This document shows positions 8,761 through 17,315 of a stretch of DNA of 33,807 bases, piece by piece; position 1 is the stretch's first letter; every line of letters starts with the position of its first letter. Under the pieces are notes generated by a model that saw only the letters and a list, made by a program, of their open reading frames with translations, did no database searches and was not told where the DNA came from. A program made the position numbers and the translations under genes. The stretch is from Faecousia sp. (GTDB lineage: Bacteria; Bacillota; Clostridia; Oscillospirales; Oscillospiraceae): positions 1-33,807 of the forward strand of contig JAZNYB010000273.1 of NCBI GenBank assembly GCA_045594185.1, given 5' to 3'.

Positions 8761-9915
8761 TTATTCCTCAGCTTCCCCGGCTTCCTCCTGCTTCTGGGCT
8801 TCTTCCTCCGCAGCCTTGGAAGCGGGCTTGATGTCGATCTTATAGCTGGTCAGGCGAGCGGCAAGGCGGGCGTTCTGACCTTCCTTACCAATGGCAAGAC
8901 TGAGCTGATCATCGGGAACTACCACACGGCAGGCTTTCTGCCCGGGGATCTGCTCCACGGAGATCACATCCGCGGGAGCCAGAGCCGCCGCCACATACTG
9001 GCAGGGGTCTTCAGACCAGGTGACGATGTCGATCGTCTCGCCGTGAAGCTCATTTACCACGGCGGCAACACGACCACCTCTGGGGCCAACGCAGGAGCCC
9101 ACAGGGTCGATGCCCTCCTGCATGGCACGAACGGCGATCTTACTGCGGCTGCCGGGCTCACGGGCAATGTTCCGCAGCTCCACCAGACCGTCAGCGATCT
9201 CAGGCACTTCCAGCTCAAACAGGCGGCGAACCAGATTGGGATGGGTTCTGGATACGGCAACCAGAGGCCCACGGTTGGAGCGGTGGACATCGATCACATA
9301 AACACGGATGATCTCGCCCTCTCTGTATACCTCACCGGGGATCTGCTCTCCGGCTCTCAAAACGGCATCACTGCGCTCGCTGCCCGCGCCCACCTGAATG
9401 AAAATATCCTTGGAGAGAGGATCAACACGGGAGACAGTGCCGGTGAGCATTTCCTGATTCTTGGAGGAGTAGCTGTCATACATGACTCCCCGCTCGGCTT
9501 CCCGGATGCCCTGAATAATGACCTGCTTAGCGGTCTGGGCAGCGATACGACCGAAGGTTTCCACCTTTACAGGGATGCTCACCACATCGCCCACCTTGGC
9601 GTTGGGGTCAACATTCCGGGCAGCATCCAAAAGCATTTCGGCGTTGGGGTTTTCGATCTCCTCCACCACCGTCCACTGCTGCACCATGGACATTCTGGTT
9701 TCCGTCAGCTCCACCACAACATTTTCGGAAACAGGGAGCTTGTGATCCTCCCGATCCTTGCGGTAGGCATTGACCAAAGCCTGCTTGATCCTTTCCACCA
9801 TGTACTCCACGGGAATGTGGCGTTCTTCATCCAGTGCCTTCAAAGCGGAGAAGATCACATCGGGCTGGCAAAGCTGAGGCTCGGGGTTGACTTTCTTTCT
9901 GGTACTTCTTGCCAT
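8761..9915 (-). CDS. nusA: Transcription termination/antitermination factor NusA
   Basis: FGRIAAQTAKQVI, AREPGSRSKIAV and AIGKEGQNARLA motifs. Start refined to ATG 9915 (RBS GGAGGA). Confidence 0.97.
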   Translation of the reverse strand: MARSTRKKVNPEPQLCQPDVIFSALKALDEERHIPVEYMVERIKQALVNAYRKDREDHKLPVSENVVVELTETRMSMVQQWTVVEEIENPNAEMLLDAARNVDPNAKVGDVVSIPVKVETFGRIAAQTAKQVIIQGIREAERGVMYDSYSSKNQEMLTGTVSRVDPLSKDIFIQVGAGSERSDAVLRAGEQIPGEVYREGEIIRVYVIDVHRSNRGPLVAVSRTHPNLVRRLFELEVPEIADGLVELRNIAREPGSRSKIAVRAMQEGIDPVGSCVGPRGGRVAAVVNELHGETIDIVTWSEDPCQYVAAALAPADVISVEQIPGQKACRVVVPDDQLSLAIGKEGQNARLAARLTSYKIDIKPASKAAEEEAQKQEEAGEAEE

Positions 9916-9932
9916 GACACACAGTCCTCCTG

Positions 9933-10385
9933 TCAAAATTCCACACGAAGCCGCACCAGAGCGACCTCGGTCTTTTCAAAAGTATAATTTCCGGCAGGGG
10001 TGGAGATGCTCACACGCCCGCCCTCATAGTTTTCCAACACACCGGGAAATTCTTTCATCCCATTTTTGGGCTGATACAGCTTCACCAGCACGGCACTTCC
10101 CATAAACCGGGCAAAGTCCTCCGGCCGCTTCAGCACCCGCTCCAATCCGGCGGAGCAGACCTCAAAATGATAGCTGTCGGGGATGGGGTCTTTTTCATCC
10201 AGAATGGGGTCTAAGGCACGGGAGACAGCCTCGCAATGAGAAATGTCCACACCGCCTTCTCTGTCGATATACACCCGGAGGAACCAGTCAGCACCCTCCC
10301 GGACATATTCCACATCCCAAAGCTCCAGCCCCAGCCCTTCCACCACAGGGCGGGCAAAGGCTTCAACCTGTTCCGTGATCTTCAT
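9933..10385 (-). CDS. rimP: Ribosome maturation factor RimP
   Basis: LRVYIDREGGVDISHCEAVSR and EVCSAGLERVL motifs; first gene of the operon. Confidence 0.96.
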   Translation of the reverse strand: MKITEQVEAFARPVVEGLGLELWDVEYVREGADWFLRVYIDREGGVDISHCEAVSRALDPILDEKDPIPDSYHFEVCSAGLERVLKRPEDFARFMGSAVLVKLYQPKNGMKEFPGVLENYEGGRVSISTPAGNYTFEKTEVALVRLRVEF

Positions 10386-10410
10386 AGCAACACGCCTTTC
10401 TCAGCAAGAA

Positions 10411-10432
10411 AGAGAGGGGCTAACCCCTCTCT
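10411..10432 (-). promoter_or_regulatory. Hairpin in the rimP 5' leader
   Basis: Perfect stem AGAGAGGGG-TTAG-CCCCTCTCT between the promoter and rimP; a leader hairpin is commonly seen upstream of rimP. Confidence 0.55.
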
Positions 10433-10462
10433 CCCTCAAAAAATCTACTGCTTACGGTGTCC

Positions 10463-10491
10463 ATTATAGCACCCCAAGCTCTATATTGCAA
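10463..10491 (-). promoter_or_regulatory. sigmaA promoter of the rimP-infB operon
   Basis: TTGCAA-N17-TATAAT with extended TG. Confidence 0.75.
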
Positions 10492-10627
10492 GAGGATTTT
10501 TGAAGTTTTTTCTGAAAAAGCTCCTGTTTTTTCGGAAAATGTCAGGGTTCTCCCTGCAACAAATGCCACCATGAACCAAAAGCACATGGCGGCACCGTTA
10601 TTTAAGTTTTCGGCAAGAGCTTCTGTC

Positions 10628-12808
10628 TTACTCCGCAAGGATGGTGATACGCCCCTGGGGATCGCTATACTCTGTGCCCACAACGCCCTCCAGCACCACC
10701 GTGATGTACTCCATGAGAGCCTCGTCCATGGGGATGCCGGTGTCAAACCGCTCTGTGGCACTGGCAAAAGCATAGTAGGTATCCCCGCCGGCGGCAAGGA
10801 AGTTGTTGGTCACCACGGCGTAGATTGCGTTTACATCAAAGCTCTGACCGTTCACTTCCTCAATGGAAACACGGTTAATGGAGGCAGGGCCATAGTAGGT
10901 AGAGCCGGGATAGGATGCTACCTTGGGGTCATATTCCTTGGTGGTATCCACGGTGAATTTCAGTCCCGCCACCTGAGGAAATGCCCCGGTAGTCTCAGGG
11001 GTGCAGAAGGTGGAGGCCTCCAGTGCTTCCAGCAGCTCCGCTCCTGTAACATAGACCAGGCAAACCGTGTTGCCGAAGGGAAGAACGGTATTGACATCAT
11101 TTTTGGTGATGTCTCCCGCCCCGATGGAGGCACGGATGCCGCCGCCGTTGGTAATGGCGATCACATTTTCGGCTCTGACCTTAACGCTTCCCTCATTCTT
11201 CAAAACCGTCCAAAGCAGAGCGTCCGTGATCAGGTCGCCCAGATTGGTTTCCTGAGCGCGAACAGACTCCCGCACGCCATTAAGCTCCACCTCGCTTCTG
11301 GCAAACACCTTGCCGTATTCCTCCAGAACCCGGTCAATGATTTCCTTGGCGGCAGCGGCGACCTTCTCCTCACCTTCACGCCACAGGGAGTTTCCCTCCT
11401 CGTCGGTATACTTCAGGGCTTCCAGACCATTGTCCTCGATCTCCCCGGTGCGGCTGTTCAGAAGGATGTAGCCCACATATTCCAGAGCCGTGCCGGTGGA
11501 CTGGATGGGTTCACCCTTTTCCCCCTCCGTCATAACCGTGTGGGAATGACCGTCAATGATGAAGTCCAGACCCGTGGTATTGGCATACAGATCCGGGGAG
11601 CGGTTGGGCTGAGACGCGGCATCCACACCCAAATGCGCCAAAGCAATGACCACATCGGCGGTGCTTTTCAGGGTATCCACTTCCTCCTGCACCGCTTCGT
11701 ACATATCCTCCCCTGCCAGGAAATTCAGTCCCTTAATCAGAGCGGGGTTTGCCTTGGTTTGAGATTCCGGGGTATTGACACCAACGAAGCCCACCTCCAG
11801 ACCAAAGGCAGAGGTGATCACAGTGCCGGGGGCATAGATCGGCTCACCTGCGGCATCCAGAACATTGGCGCAGATCACTTCAAAGCCTGCTTTTTCCAGA
11901 TTGCCCTTCAAGACCTCATAGCCGTAGTCAAATTCATGGTTGCCCAAAGTGGCGATATCGTAACCGGCAGCGTTCATCATAGTCACGGCATCGGCACCCT
12001 TGGTGGTGCTGACATAAGTCGTTCCCTGACTGAAATCCCCGGCATCCACCAGAATCACATCGGCACCCAGCAGCTCAAGCTGTTTTTTCAGGGAAGCGAC
12101 GGCGGCATAGCCCTCAATGGCACCGTGGACATCGTTGGTATGCAGAACAATGGTTTTTCCGTAATAGGGAGAGGACACGGACATCAGCATACGGTACAGC
12201 ATCTCTGCCAACTCCGCCCGCATACAAGTTCCCTTGGGGGCAAGCTGATCCTGGGCGCGACCTCTCACAATGTAGTTATGAACCGCCCACTGCATAGCTT
12301 CCTCTGCCCAGTCGGACACTTTGGGTGCATCGGCATAGCCGCTCAGGTCTTCCCGCCCCTCATTATCTTTTTCCGAAAATTGAACAAACCGGAAGAAGAT
12401 GCTTGCCAGCTCCTCCCGGGTGGCGGTATTCATGGGTCTGAAAGTACCGTTGCCATAGCCCATCACGATCCCATTGGCAGCAGCCCATTCCACGGCTTCG
12501 GAATACCACTTTCCCGCAGGCACATCGGAGAAGGTATTTTCGTCGGTTACCTCCTCCTGTCCCGCCACACGGTAAAGCACCGTTACGATCATGGCTCTGG
12601 TAACGGTGGCTTTGGGGGCAAAGTGGGTTTCGCTTACGCCCTGCATAAAGCCCGCTGCGGTCAGGGTCATCACCGCGTTATAAAACCAATCGTCTTCTTC
12701 CACATCCACATAGGTTTTGGTGGCGCTTTCCCCAAAGGCCGTGGGAGCCATGGTCAAAACCATCGCCAGAGCCAGCACCAGCGCGAGAAGCTTTCTCGTC
12801 CGTTTCAT
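10628..12808 (-). CDS. Secreted SLH-anchored bifunctional metallophosphatase/5'-nucleotidase
   Basis: Start refined to ATG 12808 (RBS AGGAGG). Signal peptide, three SLH repeats, then LHTNDVHG, DAGD, GNHEFDYG, AHLG, DGHSH and NGGGIRA motifs. Confidence 0.92.
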   Translation of the reverse strand: MKRTRKLLALVLALAMVLTMAPTAFGESATKTYVDVEEDDWFYNAVMTLTAAGFMQGVSETHFAPKATVTRAMIVTVLYRVAGQEEVTDENTFSDVPAGKWYSEAVEWAAANGIVMGYGNGTFRPMNTATREELASIFFRFVQFSEKDNEGREDLSGYADAPKVSDWAEEAMQWAVHNYIVRGRAQDQLAPKGTCMRAELAEMLYRMLMSVSSPYYGKTIVLHTNDVHGAIEGYAAVASLKKQLELLGADVILVDAGDFSQGTTYVSTTKGADAVTMMNAAGYDIATLGNHEFDYGYEVLKGNLEKAGFEVICANVLDAAGEPIYAPGTVITSAFGLEVGFVGVNTPESQTKANPALIKGLNFLAGEDMYEAVQEEVDTLKSTADVVIALAHLGVDAASQPNRSPDLYANTTGLDFIIDGHSHTVMTEGEKGEPIQSTGTALEYVGYILLNSRTGEIEDNGLEALKYTDEEGNSLWREGEEKVAAAAKEIIDRVLEEYGKVFARSEVELNGVRESVRAQETNLGDLITDALLWTVLKNEGSVKVRAENVIAITNGGGIRASIGAGDITKNDVNTVLPFGNTVCLVYVTGAELLEALEASTFCTPETTGAFPQVAGLKFTVDTTKEYDPKVASYPGSTYYGPASINRVSIEEVNGQSFDVNAIYAVVTNNFLAAGGDTYYAFASATERFDTGIPMDEALMEYITVVLEGVVGTEYSDPQGRITILAE

Positions 12809-12886
12809 TTGGTCAACCTCCTGAAGCATTGCTTCCCCCGGACAACCACCGGGGAGCAAATTTTTCAGGCTATGGCTTGGGGAAGT

Positions 12887-12981
12887 CAATTCCGATTTAT
12901 CGTTCTCAATGCGCCCACAGGGGCAATTCATGGCGATAAGCCCAATTCATGCACCCGAAGGGTGGCGACAAACCAAAATTT
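12887..12981. repeat. Short element with conserved ends (copy of the 15053-15106 element with an extra internal segment)
   Basis: CAATTCCGATTTATCGTTCTCAATGCGCCCACAGGG...GGGTGGCGACAAACCAAAATTT; matches the reverse complement of 15053-15106. Confidence 0.8.
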
Positions 12982-13044
12982 ACAATTCCTTTCGGCTCAT
13001 AGCCTGAATTTTATTTTACCAGTTGACCGCAAAAAAGGCAATGC

Positions 13045-13329
13045 CTACTTTTCCTGAAAACCCTCCGAACAGGAAAACACAGCATTTTCCGGGAACGATT
13101 CCGCCAAAAGCTTCAATCCGGCGCAAACGAAATCCGCCTCCGGGCAGGGCTCGGAGAATCGAAACGCCCCGAAGCCCTCCCCCATTTCTGCCGCTCCCTC
13201 CGGAAGCACCGCCCGCAGTGTTTCCGTGAGAATGGATACGGCGGCGCAAACCAGATCCTGCCCTTTTGGAGCAGTTCCGGCGTGCCCCCTTATCACCAAT
13301 CGCCCCGGCGACCTGACCGCCCGGATCAT
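13045..13329 (-). CDS. Prp-like (DUF464) cysteine protease, phage-head-associated type
   Basis: GHAG...GQDLVCAAVSIL carries the catalytic His/Cys motif of Prp; ATGA-coupled to the portal stop. Confidence 0.8.
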   Translation of the reverse strand: MIRAVRSPGRLVIRGHAGTAPKGQDLVCAAVSILTETLRAVLPEGAAEMGEGFGAFRFSEPCPEADFVCAGLKLLAESFPENAVFSCSEGFQEK

Positions 13330-15020
13330 ACGCCCCCCTGCGCAACGGCTCTTGCCTTTTCCACAAAGGGATGCTCCCCGGAAGCCGCAGTCACAGCCGC
13401 CCGGTGCATTTGGGCAAGCCGCATTGCTTCATAGCTCCGTTTCCCCTCCGCGACCCGGCGGATCACTTCCGTTTTCCCCTTAAAGTCCATCATACCCAGC
13501 ATCATCAATGCCTGATCCGCCCGCTGGGGGTCAAACACGCCCATCTGGTAAAGCTGCACCGCAAGGTCGTTATAGGTCTGCTTTTTGTACTGGCTCTCTG
13601 TCTGTACCTCCACCTCAATGTCAAAAACCGGCTGCCGCAGACCGCCGTCCCGCTCCATGGCACGAAGCCCATCGTTGGCATAGGAGATATACCGGGCAGC
13701 ACCGTACTGTCCCAGGATCCGGAATCTCCGGGGCAGGGCATAAAACTGCCGGATCAGCTCAACGCAAAGCTCCGTCACTCTCCGGAAGGCACGGTAAGAC
13801 GAGGCGATCATGTCCCGGCTCAGTCCGTTTCCTGCCTCCTGCAAGGCGGCAATGGCAGAAGCGGCGGTGACTGCGGAGGAAGTGCCGCCGTTATTTACAT
13901 CCCGGTTGCCGCTGACCTCCTTCATCTCGTTGATCTTCATCTGCATATAGGTCAGGCAAGCCTGGGGCATGGGGTGGGTGGTGATCTGCTTCACGCTGTC
14001 GTCATCAATGCGCCCGGCAACATGAACGAACTTTTTGGTCATGTCCGCGTATTCCGCTTCGTTGACCCCACCATCCAGGCGCACAAACCACCGGGGGGTT
14101 GCGGAGGCTACGGCATTCTGCAAAATGCAGTTGTTGAGAATGTCAATGGATTTCTGGGGATCTTTGCACAGGTCTACATAGCCATAGCCGCAGCCGGGAT
14201 AGCCCTCCTCAGGAAACAGAGGGTCGAAAATGAAGGGATACTTGCCGTGGTCATACAATCCCCTTTGGGCATAGTCCGGCTCATTTTCCGTGGCAAACAG
14301 CACCGTGTCCCCCACAAACTTACAGAAATGAAGCACGCCGCCCTTTTTGTAGTACACATCCACCACTGCCGCCTTGTCAGCCGTGGAGATCGCCTCATCG
14401 TAGTGGTACTGCCGCACCAGTCCGGTATCCTGTCCCCATGTGTTTTTAAGCTGGGGATACGCCTCCTCCAGCTCCTGCCTGTCCATGAGCAGAACATGGA
14501 ACAGGTATTTGGACTTTTGAATATCCTTGATGCCCGGCTCCCAGAACAGATTGAGAATGTCCACCTTCTCCACGGAAATGTCTCCCAGACCGTTCAGCTT
14601 GCTCTCATCCCAGAACACGCCGTATACCCCCGTGCCGGATTTCAGCTTATACCACCACACATCCGACCACACCTGTCCGAAGTCGTTATGCTCCAGAATC
14701 ACCGGCAAAATGGAGGACAGTGCCTCCGCTTCTCCCCGGTCGCTTTCCTCTCTGGCAAGGCAGACAGGCTCCGGGTAGGCGTCCACCGCATCGGAATGTT
14801 TGGACAAAATGGCATTGACCAGCCAGCCGGAAGCAGGCTCAGGCTCACCGGGATTCTGGGGTCGGATGGAACGCCAATGGCGCAGCTTCCAGTATTCCTC
14901 CGCCTGAATGATGCGGCTGTCCAGAGCGTTCTTTCCCGCCCGGTAGGTTTCCAAAGCCTTGCGGAATTTCTCCAGCTCCGGCTTTCCAATGGGGGAAGCG
15001 GTTGTTTCGTGATGATTCAT
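13326..15020 (-). CDS. Phage portal protein (P22-like by motif impression)
   Basis: 564 aa directly after terL with a strong RBS; YPFIFDPLFP, GYGYVD..KDPQ..ID and GNRDVNNG..TAASAIAALQEAG patterns. Confidence 0.8.
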   Translation of the reverse strand: MNHHETTASPIGKPELEKFRKALETYRAGKNALDSRIIQAEEYWKLRHWRSIRPQNPGEPEPASGWLVNAILSKHSDAVDAYPEPVCLAREESDRGEAEALSSILPVILEHNDFGQVWSDVWWYKLKSGTGVYGVFWDESKLNGLGDISVEKVDILNLFWEPGIKDIQKSKYLFHVLLMDRQELEEAYPQLKNTWGQDTGLVRQYHYDEAISTADKAAVVDVYYKKGGVLHFCKFVGDTVLFATENEPDYAQRGLYDHGKYPFIFDPLFPEEGYPGCGYGYVDLCKDPQKSIDILNNCILQNAVASATPRWFVRLDGGVNEAEYADMTKKFVHVAGRIDDDSVKQITTHPMPQACLTYMQMKINEMKEVSGNRDVNNGGTSSAVTAASAIAALQEAGNGLSRDMIASSYRAFRRVTELCVELIRQFYALPRRFRILGQYGAARYISYANDGLRAMERDGGLRQPVFDIEVEVQTESQYKKQTYNDLAVQLYQMGVFDPQRADQALMMLGMMDFKGKTEVIRRVAEGKRSYEAMRLAQMHRAAVTAASGEHPFVEKARAVAQGGV

Positions 15021-15052
15021 ACTAAATACCTCCTGATGATATAGTAGAGTGA

Positions 15053-15106
15053 AAATTTTCGTTTGTCAGCACCCTGTGGCGCATTGGGAACGATAAATCG
15101 GAATTG
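15053..15106. repeat. Minimal copy of the short conserved-end element between terL and portal
   Basis: Reverse complement CAATTCCGATTTATCGTTCCCAATGCGCCACAGGGTGCTGACAAACGAAAATTT. Confidence 0.8.
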
Positions 15107-15115
15107 CCCTTTCTA

Positions 15116-16537
15116 TCATAAAAACGCCACCCGGTCGAAGCGGTCTTTATCCGTCATCTGATTTAAGGGGTCACTCCAAACAGGCTCCGCTGTCACAGAC
15201 ATTACCGGCTTAATGGGTCTTGTCATGCACATATACCGCACCTCGTCGGCTACATGATCTTCTCCCTCCGTGTCCAGATCTTCCGGGCGGCGATCGTCAT
15301 ACATGAGAAGGGGCATGGTGCGAATAAAGGCTTTGCACCCCTCAAAGACATACATCATGGCGTATCCATTCTCGTCAAAGGCAAGTCGGTAATGCACCTG
15401 CATCCAGCCGGGGATACGGTCATTGACGCCGGGGGAAAAGTACAGTCCGTACTTCACCGCCGTATCCGCCACGCTCTCTCCCTTGCTGCCATCCCAAATG
15501 GAGGGGTCAGCCACCCCCAGAATCTCTCTGCCCCTCAGCCACGGATGCTCCCTTTCAATGCGTTTTGCCTCCTGCATCTGCCGGTCTACCGTCCACTTCA
15601 CGCCCTCATTGGGGTTTTTGGTGCAGCCGTACAGCTCCAAGATCCGGTAGATCACGCCCTCATAATCCACTGCCCACCAGCCGAAGGAGAAGGGCTTTCC
15701 GTAGCCCCAGTCGTAGCTGCGGTAGATCGTCCAGCTTTTGGGAATGTCGAAGGGCTTGATCACATGACACCAACGCCGCTCCCGGCGTAACTGCTCCGGG
15801 TCTCCCAGGTCAGCCGGAGGATCTGGACGGAAGTCCTCAAAGAACTGCCCCTCGTATACATCCCACCTGCCATGAAGCCAGGCATCTTTGATCTTGCCGG
15901 GGAGCTTTTCAAGGCTTCTGATGTACTCCGGCTGAGCCTTCATCAAGGCAGTGTTGTCCGTGACCAGAGCCTGAATGAAGCTGTAATCCTCCGGGTGTTC
16001 TCCGTTTTCAAAACGACGATCAATGAAAAGCCGCTTGAAATAGCCGTGACTTGGGCCTCCGGGGTTCAGGGTGTAATAAGTCCTCTTGGGAAAGCTGTTT
16101 GCTCCACGGACACAGGCATCAATGGAGGTCAGCCAATTTTCCTGAAACTGCCCCGCTTCGTCAGCAAACCAAATGTCATACTCCGCGCCCTGATATTGCC
16201 CCAGATCTCCCTCATTGGCGCAGTAGCCAAACCAGATGGAAGATCCGTTGGGGAACAGAAAGCATTTGTCCGTCTTGTTGTACCTTGCCGCCCCATGGAG
16301 CATGGCTTGTAAGGGGTTAATGTGGTTGTTGAGAAGCTCCCGATAGGTTTTTCTGGTAATGAGACACTTAATGCCGGGGAATTTGGCGCACAGCAGCACC
16401 GCCTTCCACCGGACGAACCAGCTTTTCCCGCCCCCTCTCGCGCCACCGTAGGCTACATAGCGATGGCGATCCCGAAAGGCAAGAAGCTGCTTCTCGTTGG
16501 GCTGCTCCATGGGGATGGGGCTCAGATTATTCCGCAA
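15116..16537 (-). CDS. terL: Phage terminase large subunit
   Basis: Walker A GGARGGGKS, Walker B IWFADE, motif III TLNPGG, and nuclease acidic motifs SYDWG and EDHVADEVRY. The start is TTG 16537 or ATG 16510. Confidence 0.93.
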   Translation of the reverse strand: MRNNLSPIPMEQPNEKQLLAFRDRHRYVAYGGARGGGKSWFVRWKAVLLCAKFPGIKCLITRKTYRELLNNHINPLQAMLHGAARYNKTDKCFLFPNGSSIWFGYCANEGDLGQYQGAEYDIWFADEAGQFQENWLTSIDACVRGANSFPKRTYYTLNPGGPSHGYFKRLFIDRRFENGEHPEDYSFIQALVTDNTALMKAQPEYIRSLEKLPGKIKDAWLHGRWDVYEGQFFEDFRPDPPADLGDPEQLRRERRWCHVIKPFDIPKSWTIYRSYDWGYGKPFSFGWWAVDYEGVIYRILELYGCTKNPNEGVKWTVDRQMQEAKRIEREHPWLRGREILGVADPSIWDGSKGESVADTAVKYGLYFSPGVNDRIPGWMQVHYRLAFDENGYAMMYVFEGCKAFIRTMPLLMYDDRRPEDLDTEGEDHVADEVRYMCMTRPIKPVMSVTAEPVWSDPLNQMTDKDRFDRVAFL

Positions 16538-17081
16538 GCTCCTCCACCTCCTGAGAAAGCTGGATGCCGTAGCCTGTAACAGTCTGCTCCGATTGCTCCC
16601 GGAGAAGCTCCATTTTCTCCTCTGCCAGCTTTTGGGCGTGCTTTTGGGCCTGGGTGGGAAGCTCCTTGATATCCCGGATCACATCGGTCAGCTCCCGCAG
16701 CACCTTGGAAACCACCTGCACAGCGGAAATGTCCACCTTGTCCAGCCAAATCGTCTCCGGCACACTGTCCTCCACGGTTTCGCCGTTTTCGTCCTTGCTT
16801 TTGGTGCGGACGGTACGCAAATGCAAATGAAACTGATCCGAATCCCGCACCATTTCCTCCAACACCTGACACAGCATCACCGCCGTATCCATAAGTGTCT
16901 GCAGATCTCCTTCCCCGGAGGGCTTTTTCTGCTCACGCCTGTAGGCAAGCCTTTTTTTGTGCCAGCCAGCCTGCCTTCCCAGATTTCGCAGCGCAGTCCC
17001 TTCCAGCCCATGCTCCTTCGCCAAAGCTTCATAGGACATATCTCCGGTAACATAGGCTTTTTCCAATTTCTGTGACTCCAT
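16527..17081 (-). CDS. terS: Probable terminase small subunit (N-terminal HTH)
   Basis: YVTGDMSYEALAKEHG...GW HTH pattern, helical body, and overlap with the terL start. Confidence 0.7.
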   Translation of the reverse strand: MESQKLEKAYVTGDMSYEALAKEHGLEGTALRNLGRQAGWHKKRLAYRREQKKPSGEGDLQTLMDTAVMLCQVLEEMVRDSDQFHLHLRTVRTKSKDENGETVEDSVPETIWLDKVDISAVQVVSKVLRELTDVIRDIKELPTQAQKHAQKLAEEKMELLREQSEQTVTGYGIQLSQEVEELAE

Positions 17082-17135
17082 GCCGTCACCTCCTTCCCCT
17101 CCAGCATAACAAAAGAGCCTTTCCCGCTTCTAACC
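17082..17135 (-). promoter_or_regulatory. Phage-late-like leader copy 2: GGTTAG-N21-TATGCT plus RBS
   Basis: Minus strand reads GGTTAG AAGCGGGAAAGGCTCTTTT GTTATGCT GG AGGGGAAGGAGG TGACGGC ATG. Confidence 0.7.
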
Positions 17136-17154
17136 TGAAAGCAAGAAAAGCCCC

Positions 17155-17183
17155 TTTTCATATGAGAGAAAATGTGTTATAAT
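17155..17183 (+). promoter_or_regulatory. sigmaA-type promoter for the MBL-fold lipoprotein, divergent from terS
   Basis: TTTTCA-N17-TATAAT with extended TG. Confidence 0.55.
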
Positions 17184-17315
17184 GGTAAAAAACCCCGTGG
17201 AATGTAAATGAGAAATTTCGGTCTGATCCACTATTGTGTGTCCATTTTCCGGGGTACAGTTTATACCGCGATTATTCACTATTCGTTATTCTGTCCATTA
17301 CAAAGGAGTCCTCTT

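Noticed and set aside
10419-10425. GGTTAG on the minus strand upstream of rimP as another copy of the phage-type leader
   Set aside because: It lies in the leader hairpin, has no TAnnnT at 20-21 nt, and rimP has its own sigmaA promoter.
5303-15044. Very long plus-strand ORFs (5303-7834, 8668-9987, 10457-13057, 13371-15044)
   Set aside because: Antisense shadows of well-supported genes, caused by codon bias; no motifs or RBS.
1-17135. One intact prophage spanning both phage-like loci
   Set aside because: The essential translation operon lies between them, and no integrase, repressor, replication, capsid gene or att pair was seen.
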